A stretch of DNA of 18,036 bases from Oligoflexales bacterium (GCA_041736175.1 JBGSUI010000094.1:1-18036); one strand, 5' to 3'; positions 8,758 to 17,767 are shown, counted from the first letter of the stretch. A program made the numbers and translations. Notes: generated by a model not told the origin, from the sequence alone.

Positions 8758-9024
8758 AGCAAACTCCTTTAGCCTATGCAGGTGGTTTATAAATTTTCCA
8801 ATTTACCGATAACATAGGTGTGTCTTTTGGGCCTCTTTTGGGTCCCGGGTATAAGGTACCGACAAATAAAGCTCCTTTCCAGTGATTTGCGCGATAAGAT
8901 AGGACCATACTTCAGATTGATTAACAGACCATACAGGGTCTCAAATGCAAAGGCCTCGGGCGTGTCCGGCAAAAGCCTAAAAGATCTTCAACCCTTAGAA
9001 AAACTTCGGAACCCATCCAAAAAA

Positions 9025-9993
9025 ATGCGGTACCGCTATGGAGTGTTTTTCGTAGCTGCCCTCGTGTCCGTACTCCTCCACATCTTGACGGTCATCGAAC
9101 TCGAACCCAGCTATCGCCCGACGACATCACGGATCCCCAAGCAGAAGCCCGTTAAAATCACCCTTGTTGATAAACCCAAAAAGCCTGAAAAACAAAAGGA
9201 AAAACAGAAAGATAACGATGATCTGCTAAAAAAACTCTTGGAAACCCCCCTGGACAAAACCGAAGCCCCTGACAAAGCCACCCACTCCGGCGTGGTTGAC
9301 CACAAAACAGCCAAAGAATCCAGACTCAAGGACATCCCCCAAGAGCATAGGGCGAAAGATGCCGGCCAAGGTGCCCGATCTCAGCCACAAAAACAGTTGG
9401 GCGTAATAAATGGCGAGCCTTTAGCCAAGAAGGATCCAAAGAATTTACAAAAAGATGCCAAAAAATCTAAACAACAAAAAGATTATCAAACAAAGAAAGC
9501 CTCGAAAGCCCTTGAAATGAAAACCCAATCTCAGGGAAAAGTCGCTATTACTAAACCTAGAAATTCTTACGAAGCCCTTCTTCCCCAGGGTCACGACGAG
9601 GCCCACGAGCAGATGCAATCTGGCTACCGAGAATACGTCGATCAATCGATTGCCGAAGGTGATAAAATTGACATAAACACAAGTGAATATAGATATATCG
9701 GCTATTTTTCGACCATGCGTAAAGCTATTGAACTGGTTTGGAATTATCCAAAAGAAGCTGCCCGCAAAGGACTTCAGGGCGAAGTTGGCCTCGAGTTTGC
9801 AATAGAAAAAGACGGCAGAGCATCTCAGGTAAAAGTGTTAAAGTCATCGGGTTATGAGTTACTCGATAGAGCTATTGTCGAAGCGATCACTCTGGCGTCG
9901 CCATTTTCCCCGCTCCCTGATGGATTTGGAAAGAAAAAAATTGTTGTTACGGGGTCTTTTCGATATGTGCTTTATGGCTACAACGTAAACTAA
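9025..9993 (+). CDS. energy transducer TonB-family protein
   Basis: TM anchor with SVLLH (S/H motif), long K/Q/D-rich linker, and C-terminal TonB_C domain WNYPKEAARKGLQGEVGLEFAIEKDG...KSSGYELLDRAIVEAI...PFSPLP. Start uncertain (ATG 9025 or GTG 8962; ORF open from 8818). Confidence 0.85.
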   Translation: MRYRYGVFFVAALVSVLLHILTVIELEPSYRPTTSRIPKQKPVKITLVDKPKKPEKQKEKQKDNDDLLKKLLETPLDKTEAPDKATHSGVVDHKTAKESRLKDIPQEHRAKDAGQGARSQPQKQLGVINGEPLAKKDPKNLQKDAKKSKQQKDYQTKKASKALEMKTQSQGKVAITKPRNSYEALLPQGHDEAHEQMQSGYREYVDQSIAEGDKIDINTSEYRYIGYFSTMRKAIELVWNYPKEAARKGLQGEVGLEFAIEKDGRASQVKVLKSSGYELLDRAIVEAITLASPFSPLPDGFGKKKIVVTGSFRYVLYGYNVN

Positions 9994-10106
9994 GCGACTC
10001 AAGCCCTTTATATTTGTTATGAATAGGTAAATCAGCTAAGGCTGGCTATCTGTTGGATAATTGGGTAATATGTTGGCGTGTTTATAAAATGCATGAAGAG
10101 GTTTCA

Positions 10107-11567
10107 TTGAACAACAAATTCACATCATGGCTTTTACTAACACTCGCGATCGCCATTGGATCTGGGTGTGCAACCTCAAGCCAAGACAAAACCGGCGACG
10201 AACTGCAATCAGTCCCTGCTATTGCTAGACCCCAACCTATCACGGCCACTTCTGATCCCATAGACGTTGAATCCGAAGACTCTTCTGAGACCGATGGAAC
10301 CACTGGTTTATCGGTTCAAACAAAAGAGAGTCCCGACTGGGATATCGAAGATTTTGAACAGGGCTTTTGCGCTGATGATATTTATGGCCAATATCTGACA
10401 AACCAATATCGATCCCTCTACCCAGAGCAGATGCAGACCAGAAAAATAAAAGTCGTCTCTACTACAAAAAAAAGAGGAAAAATCAAAAAAAAGGTGGTCA
10501 CCTATAAAAAGAATGAAGGTGAGTATCAAGCCCTTCTCTATGCTTCTACCAGAATGAATGGTAAAACAGATTCTTATTTTGGTGCTATTCCAGTGGTTGT
10601 CAACCAAGATGTCTATTACTGGATTCATTACTTCAAGACTTCGGGGCGCAAGGTATTTCTGAAATGGATGATGAGAGGTGAGTCCCTCCGACAGATCGTC
10701 CAGCCAGTGCTACAAGACCAGGGGATTCCCATCGAGTTTTTCTACCTAGCGATGATCGAGTCTGGGTTTAACCATGGAGCTAAGAGTGTCGCACAGGCAG
10801 AAGGTACTTGGCAGTTTATGAAGGGTACTGCCAAATTATACGGCCTCAAAATCAATCGCTTTGTCGACGAACGTCGCGACCCGATTAAATCCACGATGGC
10901 CGCTGCAAATTACCTCAAAGATCTCTATGCGGATTTAGGAGACTGGTATCTGGCTATGGCTGCCTACAATGCTGGCCCTGGTCGCATCCGTGGTGCGATG
11001 AAGCGAACGGGACAAAGCACCTACTGGGAACTGGCTGAAACCCCCCATCTACCCTACGAAACTAAGCAGTATGTGCCAAAAGTCCTCGCAGCCCTTCTCC
11101 TTGCCTCTGAGGCTAAAGCCAATGGCTTCGACGTCCAAGCAAACTCTGGGGATATCCTTCCCGATTCCGAAGTTAACATAAAAACTCCTGTAAAACTCGA
11201 CGATCTGGCTCTACACCTAGGGATTTCGCTTCAATCCCTCAAAAAGTGGAATCCTGAACTCATTGGCCATACGACTCCACCAAAACAAGAAGGTGGTTAT
11301 TCCCTAAGACTGCCTGCCATCTATGCGATCGCATGGAAAGATGTTGAGTCCCAAATCCAAAGTGTTAGCGTCAACGATGGTAAAATTCATATTGTCAAAA
11401 GGGGGGAGACCCTCGCGCGGATCGCGCGCCGCTATGCCATATCGCTCAAGGATCTCAAAGCGGCCAATCCGGGATTGGTAGCCCATAAACTCAAACCAGG
11501 AGTCTCGATCACGATCCCAAGCCCTGGTATGGCCAGCAAGACGACGACCGCTGATAATGCTGGTTGA
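10107..11567 (+). CDS. MltD-like membrane-bound lytic murein transglycosylase (SLT domain + LysM), lipoprotein
   Basis: SLT motifs LAMIESG (catalytic Glu), GTWQFM, DERRDP, AMAAYNAG and ETKQYVPK. C-terminal LysM HIVKRGETLARIARRY...NP. Lipobox GSGC. Start at TTG 10107 (GAGG upstream) or ATG 10089. Confidence 0.88.
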   Translation: MNNKFTSWLLLTLAIAIGSGCATSSQDKTGDELQSVPAIARPQPITATSDPIDVESEDSSETDGTTGLSVQTKESPDWDIEDFEQGFCADDIYGQYLTNQYRSLYPEQMQTRKIKVVSTTKKRGKIKKKVVTYKKNEGEYQALLYASTRMNGKTDSYFGAIPVVVNQDVYYWIHYFKTSGRKVFLKWMMRGESLRQIVQPVLQDQGIPIEFFYLAMIESGFNHGAKSVAQAEGTWQFMKGTAKLYGLKINRFVDERRDPIKSTMAAANYLKDLYADLGDWYLAMAAYNAGPGRIRGAMKRTGQSTYWELAETPHLPYETKQYVPKVLAALLLASEAKANGFDVQANSGDILPDSEVNIKTPVKLDDLALHLGISLQSLKKWNPELIGHTTPPKQEGGYSLRLPAIYAIAWKDVESQIQSVSVNDGKIHIVKRGETLARIARRYAISLKDLKAANPGLVAHKLKPGVSITIPSPGMASKTTTADNAG

Positions 11568-11673
11568 GAAACACCCATTTATTGTTTTTAAAAGGTGGAC
11601 AAAACCACTGAAAGATACCTCACCTTGTGGCACACTCAAGAATGCCCATTGACTCACAAGGGAGACTACCACG

Positions 11674-12828
11674 ATGTCACAATATATCCGTGAAACCTTT
11701 ACCCCAGACCGGCTGTTTTGTCCTGGCCCAACACCGATTCCCCCCGAAGTCACCAAAGCGTCCCAATGCCAGATCTATCACCGGAGCGAAGAGTTTGCGC
11801 AGGTTTTTAAGCACTGTGCTCAGTGCCTTAAACCCCTTTTTGGCTGCGAAACTCAGCCTATCATCCTGACGTCCTCGGGGACTGGGGCTATGGAAGCGGT
11901 AATGGTCAGTCTCACCGCTCCAGGAGACTCTGTCGTCGTGGTGAATGGTGGAAAATTCGGCGAGAGGTGGGAAAAACTAGCCACAGCCTACCAATGCCAA
12001 GTCGCCGTCGTCACGGTTCCATGGGGGGAAGCTCCGAAACCACTGGATGTCGTCAAAGCAACGACCAGCCAGACCAAAGCAGTCTTGATCCAGGCTAACG
12101 AAACCTCAACAGGTGCCTACTATCCCGTCTTTGAAATCGCCCAAGCCCTCAGGACCTCGGGTTACCAAGGACTGATTGTCGTCGATGCAATTTCCTCCCT
12201 TGGCGCCCACGAAATGAAAATGGATCTCTGGAAGATCGATGCGGTGGTTGCCGGGAGCCAAAAGGGATTTGGACTGCCACCAGGTTTGGCTTTTGTGGCT
12301 CTCTCCCGCAATGCACTGGCAAAGCCCTCCCATCGTCCTCGGTTTTATTTTGATCTATTTAAGGAATACAAAGGCCAGAGTGAGGGCCGGTCTGCCTGGA
12401 CACCAGCAATCAGTTTGATCTACGGTCTTAAAGAATCCCTTACCCAAATGGAAGCGGTTGGATTCCACAACATTCTCCTCCACCACGAGAAACTGGCTAA
12501 AGGAACCCGTGCCGCGGTGGCAGCTCTTGGTCTCGAACTCTTCGCAAAAAATGCTCCTTCTCAAGCCCTGACTTCCATCAAAGTCCCTCAAGGGATCGAC
12601 GGCGTCCAGCTCTTGAAAAGATTAAGGCGGCGTTTTGGAATGTTTGTGGCTGGCGGTCAGGATGAGCTCAAAGGCAAAATCATTCGCTTTTCTCACCTTG
12701 GTTTTATCAGCCAATTTGACATCCTCGATGGACTTGCGGCCCTAGAATTTGGCTTGCTAGAGGAAGGCCATCCTATCGAAATAGGCTCGGGAGTCAAGGC
12801 AGCCATGGGTCTATGGGCCACTCGGTAG
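11674..12828 (+). CDS. class V PLP-dependent aminotransferase (alanine-glyoxylate/serine-pyruvate family)
   Basis: Motifs LFCPGPT, SSGTGAMEA, NGGKFGERW, NETSTG, VDAISS, PLP-lysine motif AGSQKGFGLPPG, and AGGQDELKGKIIRFSHLG. GGGAG RBS. Confidence 0.92.
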   Translation: MSQYIRETFTPDRLFCPGPTPIPPEVTKASQCQIYHRSEEFAQVFKHCAQCLKPLFGCETQPIILTSSGTGAMEAVMVSLTAPGDSVVVVNGGKFGERWEKLATAYQCQVAVVTVPWGEAPKPLDVVKATTSQTKAVLIQANETSTGAYYPVFEIAQALRTSGYQGLIVVDAISSLGAHEMKMDLWKIDAVVAGSQKGFGLPPGLAFVALSRNALAKPSHRPRFYFDLFKEYKGQSEGRSAWTPAISLIYGLKESLTQMEAVGFHNILLHHEKLAKGTRAAVAALGLELFAKNAPSQALTSIKVPQGIDGVQLLKRLRRRFGMFVAGGQDELKGKIIRFSHLGFISQFDILDGLAALEFGLLEEGHPIEIGSGVKAAMGLWATR

Positions 12829-12841
12829 TCGCGGGTACCAT

Positions 12842-12871
12842 GGTGGAGCTGGATTTCCATATTGCTCCACC
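12842..12871 (+). other. intergenic stem-loop downstream of the aminotransferase gene
   Basis: Perfect 8-bp inverted repeat GGTGGAGC...GCTCCACC starting 14 nt after the stop. No U-tract, so it could be a pause or stability hairpin, or an operator. Confidence 0.4.
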
Positions 12872-13012
12872 GACCTGCCATCTGGAATTCTCCCTGGACT
12901 TCCCCCTATTTGAAGGTTACCTTTGAAGTCGGGGATCGGTCGTTCGGCGACCACAATATCCGAACCCAAGGTCCTAATTAAAACTTCGCGGCTGACAAAC
13001 GGAGAGTTGTTT

Positions 13013-13804
13013 ATGAAAATTTTAGTTCTGGTAAAACAGACTCCGGATACGGAGACAAAGATTAGAATCTCAGCCAACAACATGGGCATCGAAACCGATG
13101 GGGTCAAATTTATCGCCAACCCCTACGACGATTTCGCTATTGAAGAGGCTCTTAAGATCAAGGAAAAGGGTCAGGCACAGGAAGTCGTCTTGCTTTGCTT
13201 GGGGGATGAGAAAGCTCGGGAGCCACTCATCAAGGGACTAGCCATGGGAGCGGATCGGGCCATTCTCGTTGAAAATGCCCAACTCACTCAAGTGGATTCT
13301 CTCGGGGTCGCGAAGGTTTTGGCTGCTGTCGTCAAGGCAGAAGGAGCTGGCCTCGTCCTTAGCGGCAAACAAGCTATCGATGATGACAATATGCATATCG
13401 GACCTATGGTAGGGGAGCTTTTGAACTGGCCTCATATCAATGTAGTCACCAAGATCGAGATCAACGGCCAAACGGCCCGTGTGGAAAGGGAGGTCGAAGG
13501 GGGTCAAGTCGAGATCTACGAAACCGGTCTACCCTGCGTGCTTGGAGCACATAAATCCCTTAACACTCCTCGCTATACTGCTTTACAAGGCATCATGAAG
13601 GCTAAGAAAAAACCTTTTGAAGTCAAAAAAGTTGCGGATTATGGACTCGATGCCGCGACCCTCGTAAAGGGTCAAAAAACCATTTTGTCTGGGTTTATGC
13701 CTCCCCCTGAAAAGCCTGCGGGCAAAGTCTTTAAAGGCGATGACGTAGAAAACCTTGTGGAGCAGGTTGTAAAACTCCTAAGAGACGAAGCAAAAGTGAT
13801 TTAA
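13013..13804 (+). CDS. etfB: electron transfer flavoprotein beta subunit
   Basis: Motifs MKILVLVKQTPD, NPYDDFAIEEAL, LAMGADRA, GKQAIDDD, REVEGG, LNTPRY and IMKAKKKP. GGAG RBS at 13001 supports ATG 13013. Confidence 0.95.
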   Translation: MKILVLVKQTPDTETKIRISANNMGIETDGVKFIANPYDDFAIEEALKIKEKGQAQEVVLLCLGDEKAREPLIKGLAMGADRAILVENAQLTQVDSLGVAKVLAAVVKAEGAGLVLSGKQAIDDDNMHIGPMVGELLNWPHINVVTKIEINGQTARVEREVEGGQVEIYETGLPCVLGAHKSLNTPRYTALQGIMKAKKKPFEVKKVADYGLDAATLVKGQKTILSGFMPPPEKPAGKVFKGDDVENLVEQVVKLLRDEAKVI

Positions 13805-13819
13805 CATGGGGAGGGTGTT

Positions 13820-14794
13820 ATGAAGGTATTAGTTTTTATCGAACAGCGAGACCGCAAAATTAAATCGTCAGCCTTGGAAGCTCTTACACTAGGTGCCAAA
13901 CTGGCGGGTTCACCTAAAGACTGCGCTGCACTCGTCGTGGGCCACCAGCTTGACGACTCAGTGGTCGGCAAACTAAAAGGCTATGGAAGCGACACCACCT
14001 ATGTTGTCGACCAGCCAGAGCTGAAACTCTATAATACGGTCCTCTATGCAGCAGCATTAGAACAAGCTATCAAGACCTTTGGAGCTGACCTAGTGATTGG
14101 GCTTGCCTCGCCCATGGGACGGGACCTCTTACCGCGGCTTGCCGCAAGACTTGATGGTGCCATTGTCTCAGACGTTACAGCCCTTGAGGGTGGAGGCGGC
14201 AAGATCCAAGCAACTAAGCCCATGTATGCTGGCAAGGTTTTGGCTAAAGTCACCCTCCTAGAAAACGCGAAGCAGTTTGTAACGATCAGACCTAATGTCT
14301 TTAAAGCCGAAAGTCTCGGTACGGGCTCAAGCACCGTCACGAAACTTGACATTAAACTTCCTGCTACTTCTCTTAAATCAGTGGAAGTGCGCAAAGGAGC
14401 CAACGAAAAAGTAGACCTCACCGAAGCCTCCCGCATCGTCTCCGGCGGGCGATCCTTAGCAAGTGCCGAGAATTTCAAAATTCTGAACGAACTAGCCGAT
14501 GTGATTGGAGCAACCGTTGGTGCGTCACGGGCAGCTGTGGATTCGGGATATGCGCCCCACGATATGCAGGTTGGTCAAACCGGTAAGACGGTTAACCCGA
14601 ACCTCTATATTGCATGTGGCATCAGTGGGTCGATCCAACATATGGCTGGAATGCGAACTTCCAAGGTGATCGTTGCCATCAACACCGATCCAGAAGCGCC
14701 GATTTTTAAAATCGCCACCTACGGAATCGTTGCCGATCTCTTTAAAGCCGTGCCTCTGTTCACGACTAAACTAAAAAAACTATTGGAAAAATGA
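13820..14794 (+). CDS. etfA: electron transfer flavoprotein alpha subunit
   Basis: Motifs GRDLLPRLAA, VSGGRSL, GASRAAVDSG, QVGQTGK, LYIACGISGSIQHMAGM and AINTDPEAPIF. GGGAGG RBS. Directly follows etfB. Confidence 0.96.
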   Translation: MKVLVFIEQRDRKIKSSALEALTLGAKLAGSPKDCAALVVGHQLDDSVVGKLKGYGSDTTYVVDQPELKLYNTVLYAAALEQAIKTFGADLVIGLASPMGRDLLPRLAARLDGAIVSDVTALEGGGGKIQATKPMYAGKVLAKVTLLENAKQFVTIRPNVFKAESLGTGSSTVTKLDIKLPATSLKSVEVRKGANEKVDLTEASRIVSGGRSLASAENFKILNELADVIGATVGASRAAVDSGYAPHDMQVGQTGKTVNPNLYIACGISGSIQHMAGMRTSKVIVAINTDPEAPIFKIATYGIVADLFKAVPLFTTKLKKLLEK

Positions 14795-14809
14795 TCTGGA
14801 TTGGAGAGT

Positions 14810-14842
14810 CCCTGGTTTGCAGCCAAGGCAAACCAGGGTTAT
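14810..14842 (+). terminator. probable intrinsic terminator after etfBA
   Basis: Perfect 11-bp stem CCCTGGTTTGC (14810-14820) / GCAAACCAGGG (14828-14838) with a 7-nt loop, 15 nt after the etfA stop. Weak tail (TTAT). Confidence 0.6.
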
Positions 14843-14896
14843 AGCCAAGGCCCAGTGATCATGGTAAAAAGGACACAAAGATTGGTCGGGAGGTCT

Positions 14897-15307
14897 ATGG
14901 CTGGGCGAACATTATATCAGGAGTATCTTTTTAAAGCGAAGAGCCGACGCAAGGCTTTGACAACCCTATTCGATGACCAAAATTATGCCGATGTCGTACG
15001 CGAGAGCCAGGAGCTGGTTGAGTTGCTCATGAAGGGTCTGCTTCGGCGGTTTGGGATTGATCCACCAAAATGGCACGACGTTAGCCAGTTGCTGACGACG
15101 CACGCACAGCTATTTCCAGAAGTTTTGAAGGCGCATTTTCCTAGGATGATCACTCTGTCCAAGTCTTTGCGAAAGGAACGGGAGCTGAGTTTTTATGGTG
15201 CAGAGGATTTCATCCCCTCAGAAAATTACACCGCGGCACAAGCACAAAGTATTTTGGCCGAAGTCGATTGGCTGATTGCCACGGTCAGCACCGAGTTGGC
15301 TACATGA
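14897..15307 (+). CDS. HEPN domain protein (136 aa)
   Basis: All-helical protein with motifs YADVVRESQELVELLMKGLL, GIDPPKWHDV and RELSFYG, typical of PF05168-like HEPN proteins. GGAGG RBS before ATG 14897. Stop overlaps the next start (ATGA). Confidence 0.82.
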   Translation: MAGRTLYQEYLFKAKSRRKALTTLFDDQNYADVVRESQELVELLMKGLLRRFGIDPPKWHDVSQLLTTHAQLFPEVLKAHFPRMITLSKSLRKERELSFYGAEDFIPSENYTAAQAQSILAEVDWLIATVSTELAT

Positions 15308-15855
15308 CCAACCTTATCAAGGTGGTCGCTGAGCCGACTGAACTAGCGAGTGTGGAGTGGGTCCGGGCAACGCTGGATGCCTTGCTTGCTGACTATGTCT
15401 GTCGGCTATTGGACCAGGGTGTCGGACTGGTGGGATTTATCCAATTCGGGTCGACCGCCAAGCCGGCAATAAAAACGGAGAGTGACATTGACTTGCTGAT
15501 CATCGGCGATGACTTGCCAGAGGACCATGCAGATCGTTACGCCCTATTTAATAACATCGAAGCAACCTTGGAAGCACAGCTTGCGACTCTGCAAAGTAAA
15601 GGTTTTTGGCTGCAGTTTTCGACGATCGTACGCAGTCGAAGCGAAGCTCTGCATTACTCGCCTCTCTATCTCGACATGACGATTTATCAGCGAACGTATT
15701 ATTCGCGAGAGGGCTTTGTGGAAAGGCTGATAGAGCGCACCCGCTGCTGGGCAGCAAGGCAGCAATTGGTGCGGTATGAACATGGGTTGCAGTGGTATTG
15801 GGCACCAGTAGAGAACTCGACCCAGAAGGTGCGGATCGATACGAGCGATTGGTAA
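15304..15855 (+). CDS. minimal nucleotidyltransferase (MNT, pol-beta superfamily; 183 aa)
   Basis: Exact GS-X10-DXD motif FGSTAKPAIKTESDIDLLII, plus SPLYLDM. Translationally coupled to the HEPN gene through ATGA at 15304-15307. Confidence 0.85.
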   Translation: MTNLIKVVAEPTELASVEWVRATLDALLADYVCRLLDQGVGLVGFIQFGSTAKPAIKTESDIDLLIIGDDLPEDHADRYALFNNIEATLEAQLATLQSKGFWLQFSTIVRSRSEALHYSPLYLDMTIYQRTYYSREGFVERLIERTRCWAARQQLVRYEHGLQWYWAPVENSTQKVRIDTSDW

Positions 15856-16183
15856 AGACTCGAACCTGAGACCGTCAAATTAACTAATCCGCCAGTTCGC
15901 TGAAAAGTTTGTGAACCAGCCGCTCAAGCTCTGGATCTCAGGCGGACATCCCTTCGTCGATCAATACGACAGGAGGCCTTGATCACGGAACCGCCCACCA
16001 AGAGCTGAAAAAGTGGTAGCCCGATCCCCGTTAAACACAAATATTAGTAATGTCATAGTATATTTTGTGATTGCAACTATCTATTTTTAATCATATATTA
16101 TAGATTGAGTAGTTGGGCCATATATTTAATTCAATATTATTAATATGTTAAGATCTCAAATATCACATCACATCTAGCATCTT

Positions 16184-17746
16184 TTGAGAATCGATGCAAA
16201 GGATATAGGCTTGGAAAGCAAGACCTTTTTTGGAAGAGAAAGAGAGATTGAATCCCTTAACAATATTTGGCATTTAAACAATGCTCAACTGGTATTTGTA
16301 AGGGGGCGACGACGTGTTGGAAAGTCCCGACTCCTAAAACAGTTTGCCCAAATTTCGGACCAGCCACAGAAAAAAGTAATGATCTTTCCAGGGCGAGTTG
16401 ATGAATCTGATCTCCTTTGCCGAACAAGGATAGCGCGATTATTTGACGAATTGATCGGAGCGGAAAACCTGAGCCGGTTTCGCAGAAACCTCTTAACCTG
16501 GGATTTGATTTTCGGCGAAATTGGAAAATATGCTCGAGAACTAGCGGCTAATGGGCACATCAAGTTGCTTCTGGTTTTTGATGAAATTCAATGGTTGGCA
16601 AAGCGCCACTCTGGGATTCTCGGAGCATTTAAGGAGTTTTGGGAGGAGATCCATCTTCACACCCCGATCATGATTGTGATATCAGGATCATCCAACCGCT
16701 TTTTCGCCTCTCAGGTGGACCATGCCGAGGGCGTCCTGCGCGGACTTCGTACTGTTGGAGACATCCTCGTACAACCGTTTAGTTTGCCTGAAGTGGCACA
16801 TTACTACTTTCCGAAATGGACCCATGAACAAGTAGCTTTGGTTTATATGTTTCTTGGCGGTGTGCCCTATTATCTTGAACAAATAGTACTCAATGACAAT
16901 TTCTTGCGTAGTGTGAATGATTCACTATTTTCAAGTAGAAGCATATTTCTCAACGAGATTGACTCCGTTTTAAAAATAGAGACCACTGGAAAAGGTGCCT
17001 TGGCAAACGTTAAAAGAGTGCTGTCCGCACTGGGACAGGATGGCAGCACCGAATCCCAAACAGCTAAAACGACAGGCATTAGCCAAGCAAATGTCCACGA
17101 GATTCTCGGACGATTGGAAACATTCGGCTTTGTAACCGAAAGACCTCTTTTGGGGGTTAAAAGAGCGAACAAGCATGATGTACGATATTATATGGACGAT
17201 TTCTATCTTAATAGTTACTTCCAGATTTTTTTACCCGCCGCGGACGCGATCCACGACAACGTGAAAAATGGTTTGCTAATTAACAAATTCATTCGATCTA
17301 ACAACGGTTATTACATCGAAAACTTCTCTGGTAAAGCCTTTGAACTGCTGATTTTTCATGTTCTACGTGCCGGCATCGGCAATAATGACAATCGAAGGGC
17401 AAACATCTTTAACATCCTCGACTTAAAAAATGTCTCTTATGAAGTGGGGACATTTTGGAAAACCGGTCAAACGCAGATAGATATCGTCGTTTCATGCGCC
17501 GAAGATCGGCATATTCGTTTGATTGAAGCTAAATGGAAGGGCGGCAAAATAGACACGACTGAATTCAACAATTTAGTTCTACAACTCAAAAATAAGCCTT
17601 TTGATTTACCAAACAAGACATGGGGAATAAGTCACTACATTGCAGTGTCGGGTGGGGTATCTCGTTCACAAAATCAATCGTCTAATGCGCCATTAATCTG
17701 CTTGGAGGATCTTTTTGGGGTCCCAGCAGGAGTCGTCGACTCTTAA
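16184..17746 (+). CDS. archaeal-type (COG1672-like) P-loop ATPase with wHTH and C-terminal DUF234/PD-(D/E)XK nuclease-like domain
   Basis: Motifs FFGRERE, Walker A GRRRVGKS, Walker B LLVFDEIQ, ISGSS and GGVPYYL. HTH-like segment TESQTAKTTGISQANVHEILGRLETFGFV. C-terminal GKAFE...GTFW...QIDIV...LIEAKW. Start at TTG 16184 or TTG 16211. Confidence 0.85.
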   Translation: MRIDAKDIGLESKTFFGREREIESLNNIWHLNNAQLVFVRGRRRVGKSRLLKQFAQISDQPQKKVMIFPGRVDESDLLCRTRIARLFDELIGAENLSRFRRNLLTWDLIFGEIGKYARELAANGHIKLLLVFDEIQWLAKRHSGILGAFKEFWEEIHLHTPIMIVISGSSNRFFASQVDHAEGVLRGLRTVGDILVQPFSLPEVAHYYFPKWTHEQVALVYMFLGGVPYYLEQIVLNDNFLRSVNDSLFSSRSIFLNEIDSVLKIETTGKGALANVKRVLSALGQDGSTESQTAKTTGISQANVHEILGRLETFGFVTERPLLGVKRANKHDVRYYMDDFYLNSYFQIFLPAADAIHDNVKNGLLINKFIRSNNGYYIENFSGKAFELLIFHVLRAGIGNNDNRRANIFNILDLKNVSYEVGTFWKTGQTQIDIVVSCAEDRHIRLIEAKWKGGKIDTTEFNNLVLQLKNKPFDLPNKTWGISHYIAVSGGVSRSQNQSSNAPLICLEDLFGVPAGVVDS

Positions 17747-17767
17747 AAAAGCGGGTTTCATATACGT

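Noticed and set aside
10466..10492. Two A8 tracts in the transglycosylase gene as phase-variation sites
   Set aside because: Explained by Lys codons. The frame is intact and the tracts are short.
11628..11645. TGGCAC upstream of the aminotransferase as a sigma54 promoter
   Set aside because: No GC at the required GG-N10-GC spacing.
12923..13012. ORF-track N-terminal extension of etfB
   Set aside because: The canonical EtfB start MKILV with an RBS is at 13013.
14801..14896. ORF-track N-terminal extension of the HEPN gene
   Set aside because: It runs through the terminator hairpin. GGAGG supports ATG 14897.
16031..16183. CRISPR array/leader or iteron-type repeats in the AT-rich spacer
   Set aside because: Only a trivial ATCAC tandem is present, with no regularly spaced repeats and no cas genes in the window.
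2486..17176. Numerous 60-150 aa antisense or overlapping ORFs in the track (e.g. 4174-4596, 7261-7629, 11304-11756, 14044-14478)
   Set aside because: They are shadow frames of well-supported genes with no recognisable motifs.
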